From assembly GCF_000025685.1 (NCBI RefSeq), contig NC_013967.1:1950001-1982000 (forward strand): DNA of 32,000 bases, in the 5' to 3' direction. Source of the stretch: Haloferax volcanii DS2. GTDB lineage: Archaea; Halobacteriota; Halobacteria; Halobacteriales; Haloferacaceae. A model generated the notes under the pieces. That model saw nothing but the letters and a program-made list of their open reading frames with translations. It made no database searches and was not told the origin of the DNA. This document shows positions 23,008 to 31,151 of this stretch, piece after piece. A program made the translations under genes and the position numbers. Position 1 is the first letter of the stretch; every line of letters begins with the position of its first letter.

Positions 23008-23307
23008 TGTCCGTTTCGACTGCCTTTATTCGTAATCGTGGCATTATAACGGGAAAGGCAAGCGAACTATCCACTCGCTCGCGACGCAGGAGACCGTTTG
23101 GAAAGAGGTTCCTCGTGAGCGTTTACGACACACCGCTTACCCCCGGGATGGAGACAATGAGCACTATCCGAAACGGTGCTGATGAAACGGCCAACGACCC
23201 GATACAGAGACGCTTTCTTGACCAGGCCTCGCTTCTGCAATAGTGACCGTTCCGAATCGTGTCCTGAACCCAAATATTTAATCAGGTTGGAAATGGTGTG
23301 TTATCGT

Positions 23308-24072
23308 ATGGCAACCAACAAACCACGAACGCTGGAGGCGGTTGAACGGTCTCTCGAACTCATCGAGGCACTGGTCGAGGAGGACTCGCTAGGGGTGACG
23401 GAACTCTCGGAGCGAACTGGACTTCCAACGAGCACCGTCTACGTGCACCTGCAGACGCTTCGGGAGAACGACTACGTCGTCAAGGAAGGGAGCAAGTACC
23501 GACTCTCGCTTCAGTTCCTCCACTACGGGGGCAAGATTCGAGAACGGCTTCCGGTCTACCGACATGGACGGAAGGTCGTCCACGACCTGGCCAAAGAGAC
23601 TGGCGAACTGGTCAATCTCGCGATTGAGGAGAACGGCCGCGGTGTCGTGATATTCATGGCACGCGGCGACAACGCTGCTGTCGACCTCGCACCCGTTGGG
23701 AAGCACTCGTACCTCCATCGACCGGCTTTCGGGCGGGCCATCCTCTCGTGTTTCTCCGACGAGGAGGTGAACGATATCGTCGACAAATGGGGGCTTCGAG
23801 CGGTCACCGAAAACACCATCCATACGCGTGAGGCGCTCTTCGAGGAACTCGAAGCGACCCGAGAGCGCGGGTACGCGATCGAGCGAGACGAAGGAGACGT
23901 CGGAATCAGCTGTGTCGGCGCGCCGATTCAGGACATCGAAGGAAACCCCGTTGGCGCGATCAGCGTGACCGTCCCCTCGAACAAACTTCGGGACGACCGC
24001 GTCGAAGAAGAACTCTCACACAAGATCCTCAATGGAACCAACATCATCGAACTCAAGATAGAACACGCATAA
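23308..24072 (+). CDS. IclR-family transcriptional regulator (copy 3)
   Basis: Starts MATNKPRTLEAVERSLELIEAL. wHTH is TSTVYVHLQTLRENDYV. Effector-domain blocks are RGYAIERDE, GISCVGAPI and GAISVTVPSNK. A TATA-like aaatattta lies at 23272-23280, and a TGGAAAT half site (23288-23294) sits between it and the ATG. Confidence 0.9.
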   Translation: MATNKPRTLEAVERSLELIEALVEEDSLGVTELSERTGLPTSTVYVHLQTLRENDYVVKEGSKYRLSLQFLHYGGKIRERLPVYRHGRKVVHDLAKETGELVNLAIEENGRGVVIFMARGDNAAVDLAPVGKHSYLHRPAFGRAILSCFSDEEVNDIVDKWGLRAVTENTIHTREALFEELEATRERGYAIERDEGDVGISCVGAPIQDIEGNPVGAISVTVPSNKLRDDRVEEELSHKILNGTNIIELKIEHA

Positions 24073-24085
24073 CCGACGAGACACT

Positions 24086-24106
24086 ATTTCCACGCTGGTT
24101 GGAAAT
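24086..24106. promoter_or_regulatory. ATTTCCA-N7-TGGAAAT inverted repeat (site C) in the convergent gap between IclR-3 and the pdxA-like gene
   Basis: The arms are perfect 7-bp reverse complements, 24086-24092 and 24100-24106. The repeat starts 14 nt after the IclR-3 stop. Confidence 0.45.
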
Positions 24107-24141
24107 GCCGCCGAGTCCACCTGACGGGTTCTATGTACCTG

Positions 24142-25149
24142 TCACGCTCGCTCGATGGCGACGCGAGCGGCGGTTCGAATCGCGTCGACCATACTGGACT
24201 CGGAGGCGATTCCCTGTCCCGCAATATCGAACGCCGTCCCGTGGTCAACACTCGTTCTGATGATCGGCAGTCCGACCGTCATGTTGACGCCGCTGACCGT
24301 GTCGGTGCTGTCGAAGCCGAGCATCTTGATCGGGATATGTCCCTGGTCGTGGTACATCGAGACGACGCAGTCGTACGCGCCAGCGGCTGCCTTGACGTAG
24401 ACGGTGTCCGGCGGAATGGGCCCTTCGGCGTCGATACCAGCCTCACGGGCCTGTTCGACGGCCGGTTCGATGGCGTCGTCGTCTTCCGTCCCGAGAAGTC
24501 CCCCCTCGCCGGCGTGAGGATTCAAGCCAGCGACGGCGATCGTCGGGTCGTCGATTCCCAGGTCGTGTAACCCCTGATTAGTGACAGTGATGGTGTCGAG
24601 GACGTTCTCGGTTGTCACGAGGTCGCACGCCTCGCGAAGCGGGACGTGTGTGCTCACGTGCGTGACGCGAAGCCCCCCCTCGATAAGCATCATGGAATAG
24701 TTATCTGTCTCGGTGTACGCCGCGAGCATCCCGGTGTGGCCCGCGAATTCGCTTCCCGCCTGGGCTGTCGCTTGCTTGTGAATCGGGGCCGTCGCGATGG
24801 CGTCGATGTCGCCTACGATGGCGAGTTCGATCGCGCGTTCGATGTACTCAAGCGAGGCGCGGCCGTACGCCTCGTCGATTTCGCCGTAGGTCAGCGACGC
24901 GACGTTGTCGAGGTCGAGTACGAACAGCGTCGATGGGTCGGATCGAACGTCTGCGACGGACTCGACCGCTTCGACCGACAGGTCGCTATCACACTGGTCG
25001 ACTGCGTGCCGAATCACGTCCGCGTCGCCGATGACCACGAGGCTTGCGTCCTCGGTCACCTCGGGTGCTGCTTCGACGATTATTTCGCTTCCGATGCCAC
25101 CGGGGTCACCCATCGTCACGCCGACGAGAGGTCGCTTTACTGCTGTCAT
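24142..25149 (-). CDS. pdxA: PdxA-family NAD-dependent 4-phospho-hydroxyacid dehydrogenase (decarboxylating; PdxA2-like)
   Basis: Motifs VGVTMGDPGGIGSEI, GLNPHAGEGG, MYHDQGHIPIK and RTSVDHGTAFDIAG. The preferred start MTAVKRPL at 25149 overlaps the upstream stop as TGATG (25147-25151). Confidence 0.9.
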   Translation of the reverse strand: MTAVKRPLVGVTMGDPGGIGSEIIVEAAPEVTEDASLVVIGDADVIRHAVDQCDSDLSVEAVESVADVRSDPSTLFVLDLDNVASLTYGEIDEAYGRASLEYIERAIELAIVGDIDAIATAPIHKQATAQAGSEFAGHTGMLAAYTETDNYSMMLIEGGLRVTHVSTHVPLREACDLVTTENVLDTITVTNQGLHDLGIDDPTIAVAGLNPHAGEGGLLGTEDDDAIEPAVEQAREAGIDAEGPIPPDTVYVKAAAGAYDCVVSMYHDQGHIPIKMLGFDSTDTVSGVNMTVGLPIIRTSVDHGTAFDIAGQGIASESSMVDAIRTAARVAIERA

Positions 25150-26387
25150 CACGGCGTACCGATGAAGTCGAGGCAATTAACTATTGTCGTCGGGTCACCG
25201 AACGACCCCGCCTTGGTCACGAGGAGGGTCTCGTCGGCCGCTCCACCGCGAATTCGGGTGAGTGGAATGCCGTCGTCGAGTTCGATTCCCGTCAGTTCGA
25301 GTGACTCCGCGTCGAGTTCGTCGAGTACCGCGATGGTCGTCGAGCCACCAGTCGTGAACAGACCGGCCAACGGCCGTGTCTCGTGGACTCCGCGGACGGT
25401 CGCACGCAACGTCGTCGCGATTCGATCTTTGACGGCGTGCTCGTCGAGTCCGAGCGCGTCCGCGTTCCGGGTCACTTCGTCGACGGCGCGAGAAGACGGA
25501 GCCGACGTGACGATGGCGAATCCGTGAGCGCGCTGCGCGGCGAGAACCGGGCCGACAGCTTCGGACGCCGCTTCCGTTGGACGCTCGAGCATCGTCTCGG
25601 GGTCCAGCGCAACGATCGCTTGGTCCGGAACCCGCGCGAGTTGCCCGAACGAAGTCTCGCTGACGCTCCCGACCACGCCGAGGACCGATTGGCCCCCACT
25701 TACTGCGGTCGAACGCGACAACGCCCCCGCGAGTCCGCCACTCCCCGCATAGGCGACGGTGGCTGTGAGTCGGCTGGCGGCGTCGGCAAGCGACCGAAGG
25801 TGGGTGTGAGTTGTGGCGTCGGCGACGACGACTACCGGCCCGTCGCGGTTGCGGTCTATCTCGGCGAGTTTCGACCGGACGTGTCCTGTACCCTTGGTTA
25901 CGACGTCCAGCGGGAGTGTTTCGACGGGATACGCGAGCGATGAGAGCAGCTCGACCACCGACGACGTTGCAGGCAGGTTCTCTGAGTCGGTAAGCGTCTC
26001 GACCACGGGGTCACCGTCGACCAACTGGACGCCGTCTTCGGTCGTCCGCCCGTTACTGGGAAACGCCGGTGCAAGCAACAGGATGTCGGGCGTCGCGGCG
26101 TCGAGCACCGCCGCCAGTTCGTCGGTGACGTTCCCGCGGAGCGTGGAGTCGAGCTTGTTGTACAGAAGCGTGGTGTCGTGTTGTGACACGGCGGCGCGAA
26201 CCGTTTCGTACGCCGCTGCCGGTGGTGCTTCCCGTGTCTCCGTATCGACGACGAGGACGTCGCAGCTCGTCGGTGCGCTTGGGTCGAACACCACGTTCGT
26301 CCGATACCCACGGCTGGCGAACTGGCTCCCGGTGTCGTTCGCTCCGGTGATATCGTCTGCAATAACAACTGCGTTCAACTCGGTCAT
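25149..26387 (-). CDS. four-carbon acid-sugar kinase family protein (DUF1537; OtnK/DtnK/DenK-like)
   Basis: 412 aa. The N-terminal signature is AVVIADDITGANDTGSQF, followed by a C-terminal nucleotide-binding half. The gene is translationally coupled to the pdxA-like gene. Confidence 0.9.
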   Translation of the reverse strand: MTELNAVVIADDITGANDTGSQFASRGYRTNVVFDPSAPTSCDVLVVDTETREAPPAAAYETVRAAVSQHDTTLLYNKLDSTLRGNVTDELAAVLDAATPDILLLAPAFPSNGRTTEDGVQLVDGDPVVETLTDSENLPATSSVVELLSSLAYPVETLPLDVVTKGTGHVRSKLAEIDRNRDGPVVVVADATTHTHLRSLADAASRLTATVAYAGSGGLAGALSRSTAVSGGQSVLGVVGSVSETSFGQLARVPDQAIVALDPETMLERPTEAASEAVGPVLAAQRAHGFAIVTSAPSSRAVDEVTRNADALGLDEHAVKDRIATTLRATVRGVHETRPLAGLFTTGGSTTIAVLDELDAESLELTGIELDDGIPLTRIRGGAADETLLVTKAGSFGDPTTIVNCLDFIGTP

Positions 26388-26441
26388 ACCGTCTGAGTCT
26401 TGGTTGCCAGCCTATGAATGTTCGGCCGTGCCATGATAAAT

Positions 26442-26483
26442 GTCAACAAGGATTAGAAATGTATTTACATTACAGTCAAGAAG
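26442..26483 (+). promoter_or_regulatory. TATA-overlapping palindrome AATGTAttTACATT flanked by direct repeats GTCAAcAAG / GTCAAgAAG
   Basis: The palindrome is at 26458-26471, about 22-35 nt upstream of the ATG at 26493. The direct repeats are at 26442-26450 and 26475-26483, with starts 33 nt apart. Confidence 0.45.
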
Positions 26484-26492
26484 CGTAATTCC

Positions 26493-27920
26493 ATGGCATC
26501 GAACGAATGCCGAGACAGTGATAGGACCGCTACGAGACGCCGAACCGTCCTCAAGGCCGTGGGGGGCTCAGCAGTCGCAGGGCTTGCAGGCTGCGTTGGC
26601 GGTGGTGGGGGAGACGGCTCGGGCTCAGGCTCGGGTTCGGGATCCGGCGACGGAACCACCACGGGGACCGTGAACGAAAACGGCTGGCCTGACTACAGCG
26701 GGCGCGAGATGCGCGTTGTCACCGACGAGTGTTCGGACGTGTTCAAGCGCGTCTGGGAAGACGCGTTCGCCGAGTTCGAAAACAAGACGGGCGCGTCCGT
26801 CACCCTCGAATGCGGCGCAGAGGGACAGAGCATTCAAGAGCGTATCATTCAGCTCATTCAGTCCGGCAACCCGCCGGAGCTGTTCCCGACATCGGTGACG
26901 CAATCGACGCAACTCCAGAACCAAGGGACGCTCGCTCCGATGACCGACTTAGTCGAGACGGTCACGGACCGATTAGGCATGCCCCACGAGCGGTCGTTCC
27001 TCGAACGCGACGGCGAACACTACACGATTCCCTTCTTCGCGATTCCGTACCTGCAGTGGTACCGAGAGGACATCGCCGAGTCGAAACCAGACTCCTGGGA
27101 GAACATGGTTGGCTGGATGGAGGAAGCCAGTGGTTCGGACGAGGTGACCGACGCGACGCTGCTTCCGTGGTCGACGCACTACTGTAGCGAACTCGTCGCT
27201 CAGTGTTTCCTCCGAAGTAACGGTGCGAACATGGCGACTCGAAACGATGACGGTGAGGTTGTGGTCTCGATCGACCAGGGAGAGAACCGCGAGCGCTGGA
27301 TCGAAATGCTCGAATTCCGCAAGCAACTCCAGCCCTACACCGGCCCCGGTTCGGACATCGGCTGTGAAGAGCGGATCAACGCACTTCATACTGAGTCGTC
27401 GGCGCATACGACGTACGGTGGTGCGCGGCCGAAGATTCAGTCCATCGAACGCGAGCGTGACTTCCACGAGCATATTCGCGCCGCTCCGATCCCGGGGCCA
27501 GACGGACCGGGGAAGTTCTTCGGCGTCATCAAGTCCATCTGCTCGTTCCAGGGGTCGAACACGGACATGGCCAAGACGTTCCTCGATCAGTTCATCTTCC
27601 AGCCGGAGTACTACGAGCGCTACATCAACATTCAGAACGCGCCGCTGTACCCGAAACAGAAAGAGGAGATCGACATGCGCGAGAAGCTTCCGGACTCCTA
27701 CACCGACGCGGATATCGAGGCGTGGAAGTCGGTGACCGACGCGATTCCACCGGCACACGAGACGAGTCCGCCGAACCCGTACGTCGATTCCATCTTCACG
27801 ACTCGGCCGGGCTCGACTGCCATCTCACTCGTGATCAGCGAGGACATGGACCCGGGCAAGGCAGTCGACCAAGTCGCAGCGAAGGCTCGCGAGTCGCTGA
27901 ACCAGGCGAAGGGGCCATGA
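26493..27920 (+). CDS. ABC transporter extracellular solute-binding lipoprotein (family 1, carbohydrate type)
   Basis: Tat motif TRRRTVLK, lipobox LAGC and a G/S/T linker. It is a 475-aa SBP_bac_1-like body and is followed in the same direction by two carbohydrate-type permease genes. Confidence 0.88.
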   Translation: MASNECRDSDRTATRRRTVLKAVGGSAVAGLAGCVGGGGGDGSGSGSGSGSGDGTTTGTVNENGWPDYSGREMRVVTDECSDVFKRVWEDAFAEFENKTGASVTLECGAEGQSIQERIIQLIQSGNPPELFPTSVTQSTQLQNQGTLAPMTDLVETVTDRLGMPHERSFLERDGEHYTIPFFAIPYLQWYREDIAESKPDSWENMVGWMEEASGSDEVTDATLLPWSTHYCSELVAQCFLRSNGANMATRNDDGEVVVSIDQGENRERWIEMLEFRKQLQPYTGPGSDIGCEERINALHTESSAHTTYGGARPKIQSIERERDFHEHIRAAPIPGPDGPGKFFGVIKSICSFQGSNTDMAKTFLDQFIFQPEYYERYINIQNAPLYPKQKEEIDMREKLPDSYTDADIEAWKSVTDAIPPAHETSPPNPYVDSIFTTRPGSTAISLVISEDMDPGKAVDQVAAKARESLNQAKGP

Positions 27921-28053
27921 GAATACATGCGTAGACACATCGGCCACAGGCACGCTCACCTCGCCCTGTCGAGGAACCCGTAACCAGACCAGCAGACCAC
28001 CTCCAAGTACACTCGAATCCACACATCGACTCACATACGACCTCAACAAACAG

Positions 28054-28989
28054 ATGAAACACGAACTACACGGCGTAAATCCACCGCTTATCACCCCGCT
28101 CGACGCCGACGGTCAGTTGGACGAAGACGCGTTCAGAGATGAGATTCGCTACCATCTCGATGCTGGCGTCTCAGGCGTCGTCGTCGGCGGAAGCACCGGC
28201 GAAGGGATGCGAATGACCGACGACCAACTCAAGCAACTCTACGACGTCGCGGTCGACGAAGTGGACGGCGACGTTCCCGTGGTCGCGGGAGTCATCGCAC
28301 GACAGACGCGCGAGGCCACCGTAAAAGCGGAACTGGCTCGTGACGCGGGTGCGGACTTCATCATGGCGATGCCACCGACGGGGTACGTCGGCTCGCACAT
28401 GGCCGACAACGACTCGATCCGCGACTACTACCGCGCAATTGCGGATGTTTCCGAGTTACCAATCGTCATCTACGACGTCATGTCGTTGCTCGACCTCGAC
28501 GCGGAACTCGTCGGTGACCTCGTCCGGGACATCCCGGAAGTCGTCGGCATCAAAGTCAGCAGCACGCTCGGCAATCTGACGCACTATCTCCGAGCCATCG
28601 GCGATGACGGCTTCGTGCTTGGCGGGATGAGCATCGGCCAGTTCCCAACGTACACATTGGGTGTCAACGGCGGAATCGTGGGTATCAGTAGTGTCTGTCC
28701 ACGCATCTCCGTCCAAATCTGGGAAGCCACACAACGTGGCGATTACGACCGTGCCCGAGACCTTCATTTCGCGCTTGTCCCGCTCATCCGCGCCGCGATG
28801 GAGAACTACGAATCGAACTTCCCCGCTGGCGAGAAAACGGCGATCGACGTGCTCGGACGCGATGCGGGCTGTCTCTTCCATCCCTTCGACGGAGTCGAAG
28901 ACGGTGACGAGAAGCGCGCGGCCATTGAGGACGCAGTCTCACAGATGCACGACCGAGGAACGAGAGAAATCGTCCACGCCGACGATTAG
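28054..28989 (+). CDS. DapA/DHDPS-family class-I (pyruvate-dependent) aldolase or dehydratase
   Basis: Motifs LITPLDADGQLD, VVVGGSTGEG, PIVIYDV, and the Schiff-base Lys context VVGIKVSS. Confidence 0.9.
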   Translation: MKHELHGVNPPLITPLDADGQLDEDAFRDEIRYHLDAGVSGVVVGGSTGEGMRMTDDQLKQLYDVAVDEVDGDVPVVAGVIARQTREATVKAELARDAGADFIMAMPPTGYVGSHMADNDSIRDYYRAIADVSELPIVIYDVMSLLDLDAELVGDLVRDIPEVVGIKVSSTLGNLTHYLRAIGDDGFVLGGMSIGQFPTYTLGVNGGIVGISSVCPRISVQIWEATQRGDYDRARDLHFALVPLIRAAMENYESNFPAGEKTAIDVLGRDAGCLFHPFDGVEDGDEKRAAIEDAVSQMHDRGTREIVHADD

Positions 28990-29249
28990 GACGGAGAAGC
29001 TGGCCAGCACCGACCGGTCTGTCCGTCAGACCTCGAAACAGCCTGCCAATCGGATGGACTCTTCCAGCCACCCGTCCGCTCTTTTCGATAGCCGCCCCCC
29101 TTGAGACGAACGCGCCGACAATCATCGAGCGGACACTCGTCGTCGCTGGCGTCGGTTCTGCCGTGGGAGTTCCAGTTCTCGAGTCCCGCTCGCAGCACGA
29201 CCGCAAAAACAGATCTCGGCTCGGTTCGATTCGCGCCGAGCGTTCGAGG

Positions 29250-30047
29250 TTACCAGTCGACCCAGTCTCGGTCGGCGATTCGAAGCTCGCGGTTGATATC
29301 GTCGATACGGTCGAGTTCCTCAGCGGTGAGTTCGACGTCCGTGGCTTCGAGATTCCCTCGAATGTGCGCCTCGCTCGACGCCTTCGGGATGGGATTAACG
29401 CCGTCTTTCGAGAGCAGCCACGCGATGGCGACCTGTGCCTCGCTGAGGCCGTTTTCACGGGCGATGTCGGTGATCTCCGGAATCTCGAAGACCCTCCCGC
29501 GGGCGAGCGGGGAGTAGGCGACGACTTCGATGTCGTGACCGCGACAGTACTCGAGGAGGTCCGGTTGCGGGAGGAGTGGATGAAGCTCGACCTGGTTGAC
29601 GTCGATTGGGGCATCGCAGGCCGCCTGTGCCTCGTCCAGCAGTTCGGGAGTGAAATTACTCACGCCGAGATGCCGAATCAGCCCCTCGTCTCTAAGCTCC
29701 GAAAACGCGCCGAGCGTGTCGACGGCGTCGTAGTCCTTCGCTGGCCAGTGAACGTAGAGGATGTCGAGATAGTCCACGCCAAGACGTTCGAGACTCTCGT
29801 CGACTGCGTCGTGGACACGGTCAGACGCGAGGTCCCCCGGCCAGAGCTTCGTCCCAAGGGTAATCTCCTCTCGGTCGACGTCCGCTCGTTCGATTCCATC
29901 GCCCACGTAGGCTTCGTTTTCATACAGCTGTGCGGTATCGATGTGTCGGTAGCCCATCTCTAGTGCCGTTCGTACGCTTTCGGCACAGGCCTCCGGATCA
30001 GTGTTCTGCCACGTCCCGAAGCCTACTCTTGGCTCGCTAAATACCAT
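29250..30047 (-). CDS. aldo/keto reductase (2,5-diketo-D-gluconate reductase-like AKR)
   Basis: Motifs VGFGTWQ, GYRHIDTAQLYENE, LGTKLWP, YVHWP, GVSNF, IPKASS. A TATA-like attattatagg (minus-strand sense) lies about 25-36 nt upstream. Confidence 0.92.
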   Translation of the reverse strand: MVFSEPRVGFGTWQNTDPEACAESVRTALEMGYRHIDTAQLYENEAYVGDGIERADVDREEITLGTKLWPGDLASDRVHDAVDESLERLGVDYLDILYVHWPAKDYDAVDTLGAFSELRDEGLIRHLGVSNFTPELLDEAQAACDAPIDVNQVELHPLLPQPDLLEYCRGHDIEVVAYSPLARGRVFEIPEITDIARENGLSEAQVAIAWLLSKDGVNPIPKASSEAHIRGNLEATDVELTAEELDRIDDINRELRIADRDWVDW

Positions 30048-30206
30048 GATCGTCAGTACGTTCTCGGGTGATCCTATAATAATCTATGGGGGGACGCGAG
30101 AAGACAGTGGATCGGGTGACTGGAGTCTTCGTTCGTCTCTCGAACAGCTGTGACTGTACTGATGGGAAGGTTTTTACCGTTGGTTCATGAAGAATTGGCA
30201 CGTTCC

Positions 30207-31151
30207 ATGAGTACAATCAACAAGCATGGCTCCCGGGCTCGAGAGTTACGAGACGAGGTGTTCGAGTTCCTCTCAAAAAAGAAGGTATTGACCGCGCTGA
30301 CGATTCTCCCGCCGATGCTACTCTTCACGTTCGTGAATCTCGTTCCGATTATCGGCGTCATCGGCGCGAGTTTCTTCAACATCAACGCCTTCTCGAACGA
30401 GTGGCAGTGGATCGGGACTGCGAACTTCGAGTCGCTCCTGACGAGCGACTCGTTCTACGATGCGCTCAACCGGTCGGTGATATACGCGGGTGGCTCGGTC
30501 GTCATTCAGGTGATTTTCGGGACGACTCTCGCGCTATTGCTCAACCGGTCGTTCAAGTTCGTGAATATCGCGCGCACGTTCGCAATTCTCCCGTACCTCA
30601 TCCCGAACGCCGTCATCGGCTTCATGGCGCTCTGGATGCTCAATTCGCAGTGGGGAATCGTCAACCAGCTCGCCGTCCAGATCGGTCTCACCCAAGGGTA
30701 CGTGTCGTTCTTCGGAGACCAAGGATCGGCGATGCTCGCGGCGATTCTCACGAGTAGTTGGAAAGACTCTATCTTCGTCACGGTGATGGTGCTCGCTCGA
30801 CTGCAGGCTATCCCCGAGAGCTTCTATGAGGCGGCGAAGATGTCCGGTGCGACGGCCTACCAGCGATTCCGAGATATCACCCTGCCGAACCTGAAGGGTG
30901 TGTTCTTTATCGTGCTGCTGCTGCGTGCGGTGTGGATGTTCAACACCTTCGACTACATCTGGGTCCTCACGCAAGGAGGACCGCGAGGAGCGACGACGAC
31001 CGCACCCATCTACGCGTACAACATCGCCTTCGGGACGAGTCGGCTCGGCATCGCCGCGGCCGTTTCGACCGTGCTGTTCCTCGTCTTGTTGGTCGCGGCA
31101 GTGTTGTACTTCCGGATCTTCGAGCCGTCTGAGGAGGTGCGTGCAGAATGA
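30207..31151 (+). CDS. ABC transporter permease (carbohydrate, MalF/UgpA-like)
   Basis: 314 aa from MSTINKHGSR, with six hydrophobic segments and the EAA-type loop YEAAKMSGATAYQRFRDITLP. A TATA-like gtttttac lies about 30 nt upstream of 30207, which I prefer over the GTG at 30150. Confidence 0.9.
   Translation: MSTINKHGSRARELRDEVFEFLSKKKVLTALTILPPMLLFTFVNLVPIIGVIGASFFNINAFSNEWQWIGTANFESLLTSDSFYDALNRSVIYAGGSVVIQVIFGTTLALLLNRSFKFVNIARTFAILPYLIPNAVIGFMALWMLNSQWGIVNQLAVQIGLTQGYVSFFGDQGSAMLAAILTSSWKDSIFVTVMVLARLQAIPESFYEAAKMSGATAYQRFRDITLPNLKGVFFIVLLLRAVWMFNTFDYIWVLTQGGPRGATTTAPIYAYNIAFGTSRLGIAAAVSTVLFLVLLVAAVLYFRIFEPSEEVRAE

Noticed and set aside
22821-23243. 140-aa plus-strand ORF inside the 720-bp gap upstream of IclR-3
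   Set aside because: Its basic composition is unlike the acidic proteins of this genome. It has no start-proximal TATA-like box and no recognisable motif, and several hairpins cut across it. I treat the gap as non-coding, though a decayed gene cannot be excluded.
22809-24106. The TTTCCA...TGGAAA repeats as origin-recognition boxes (archaeal ORB cores contain CCA..TGGAAA-like dyads)
   Set aside because: There is no G-string following the dyads, no orc1/cdc6 gene and no pronounced AT-rich unwinding element between inverted copies. A regulator operator is the more economical reading.
26616-26645. Hexanucleotide reiteration ggctcg/ggctca/ggttcg (and the GCCGTCTCGGTCGCC-type reiteration around 9440-9530) as tandem repeats or CRISPR-like arrays
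   Set aside because: They encode the (GS)n and T/A/E-rich linkers that follow the lipobox Cys of the two secreted binding proteins. There is no repeat-spacer architecture. I found no CRISPR array anywhere in the window.
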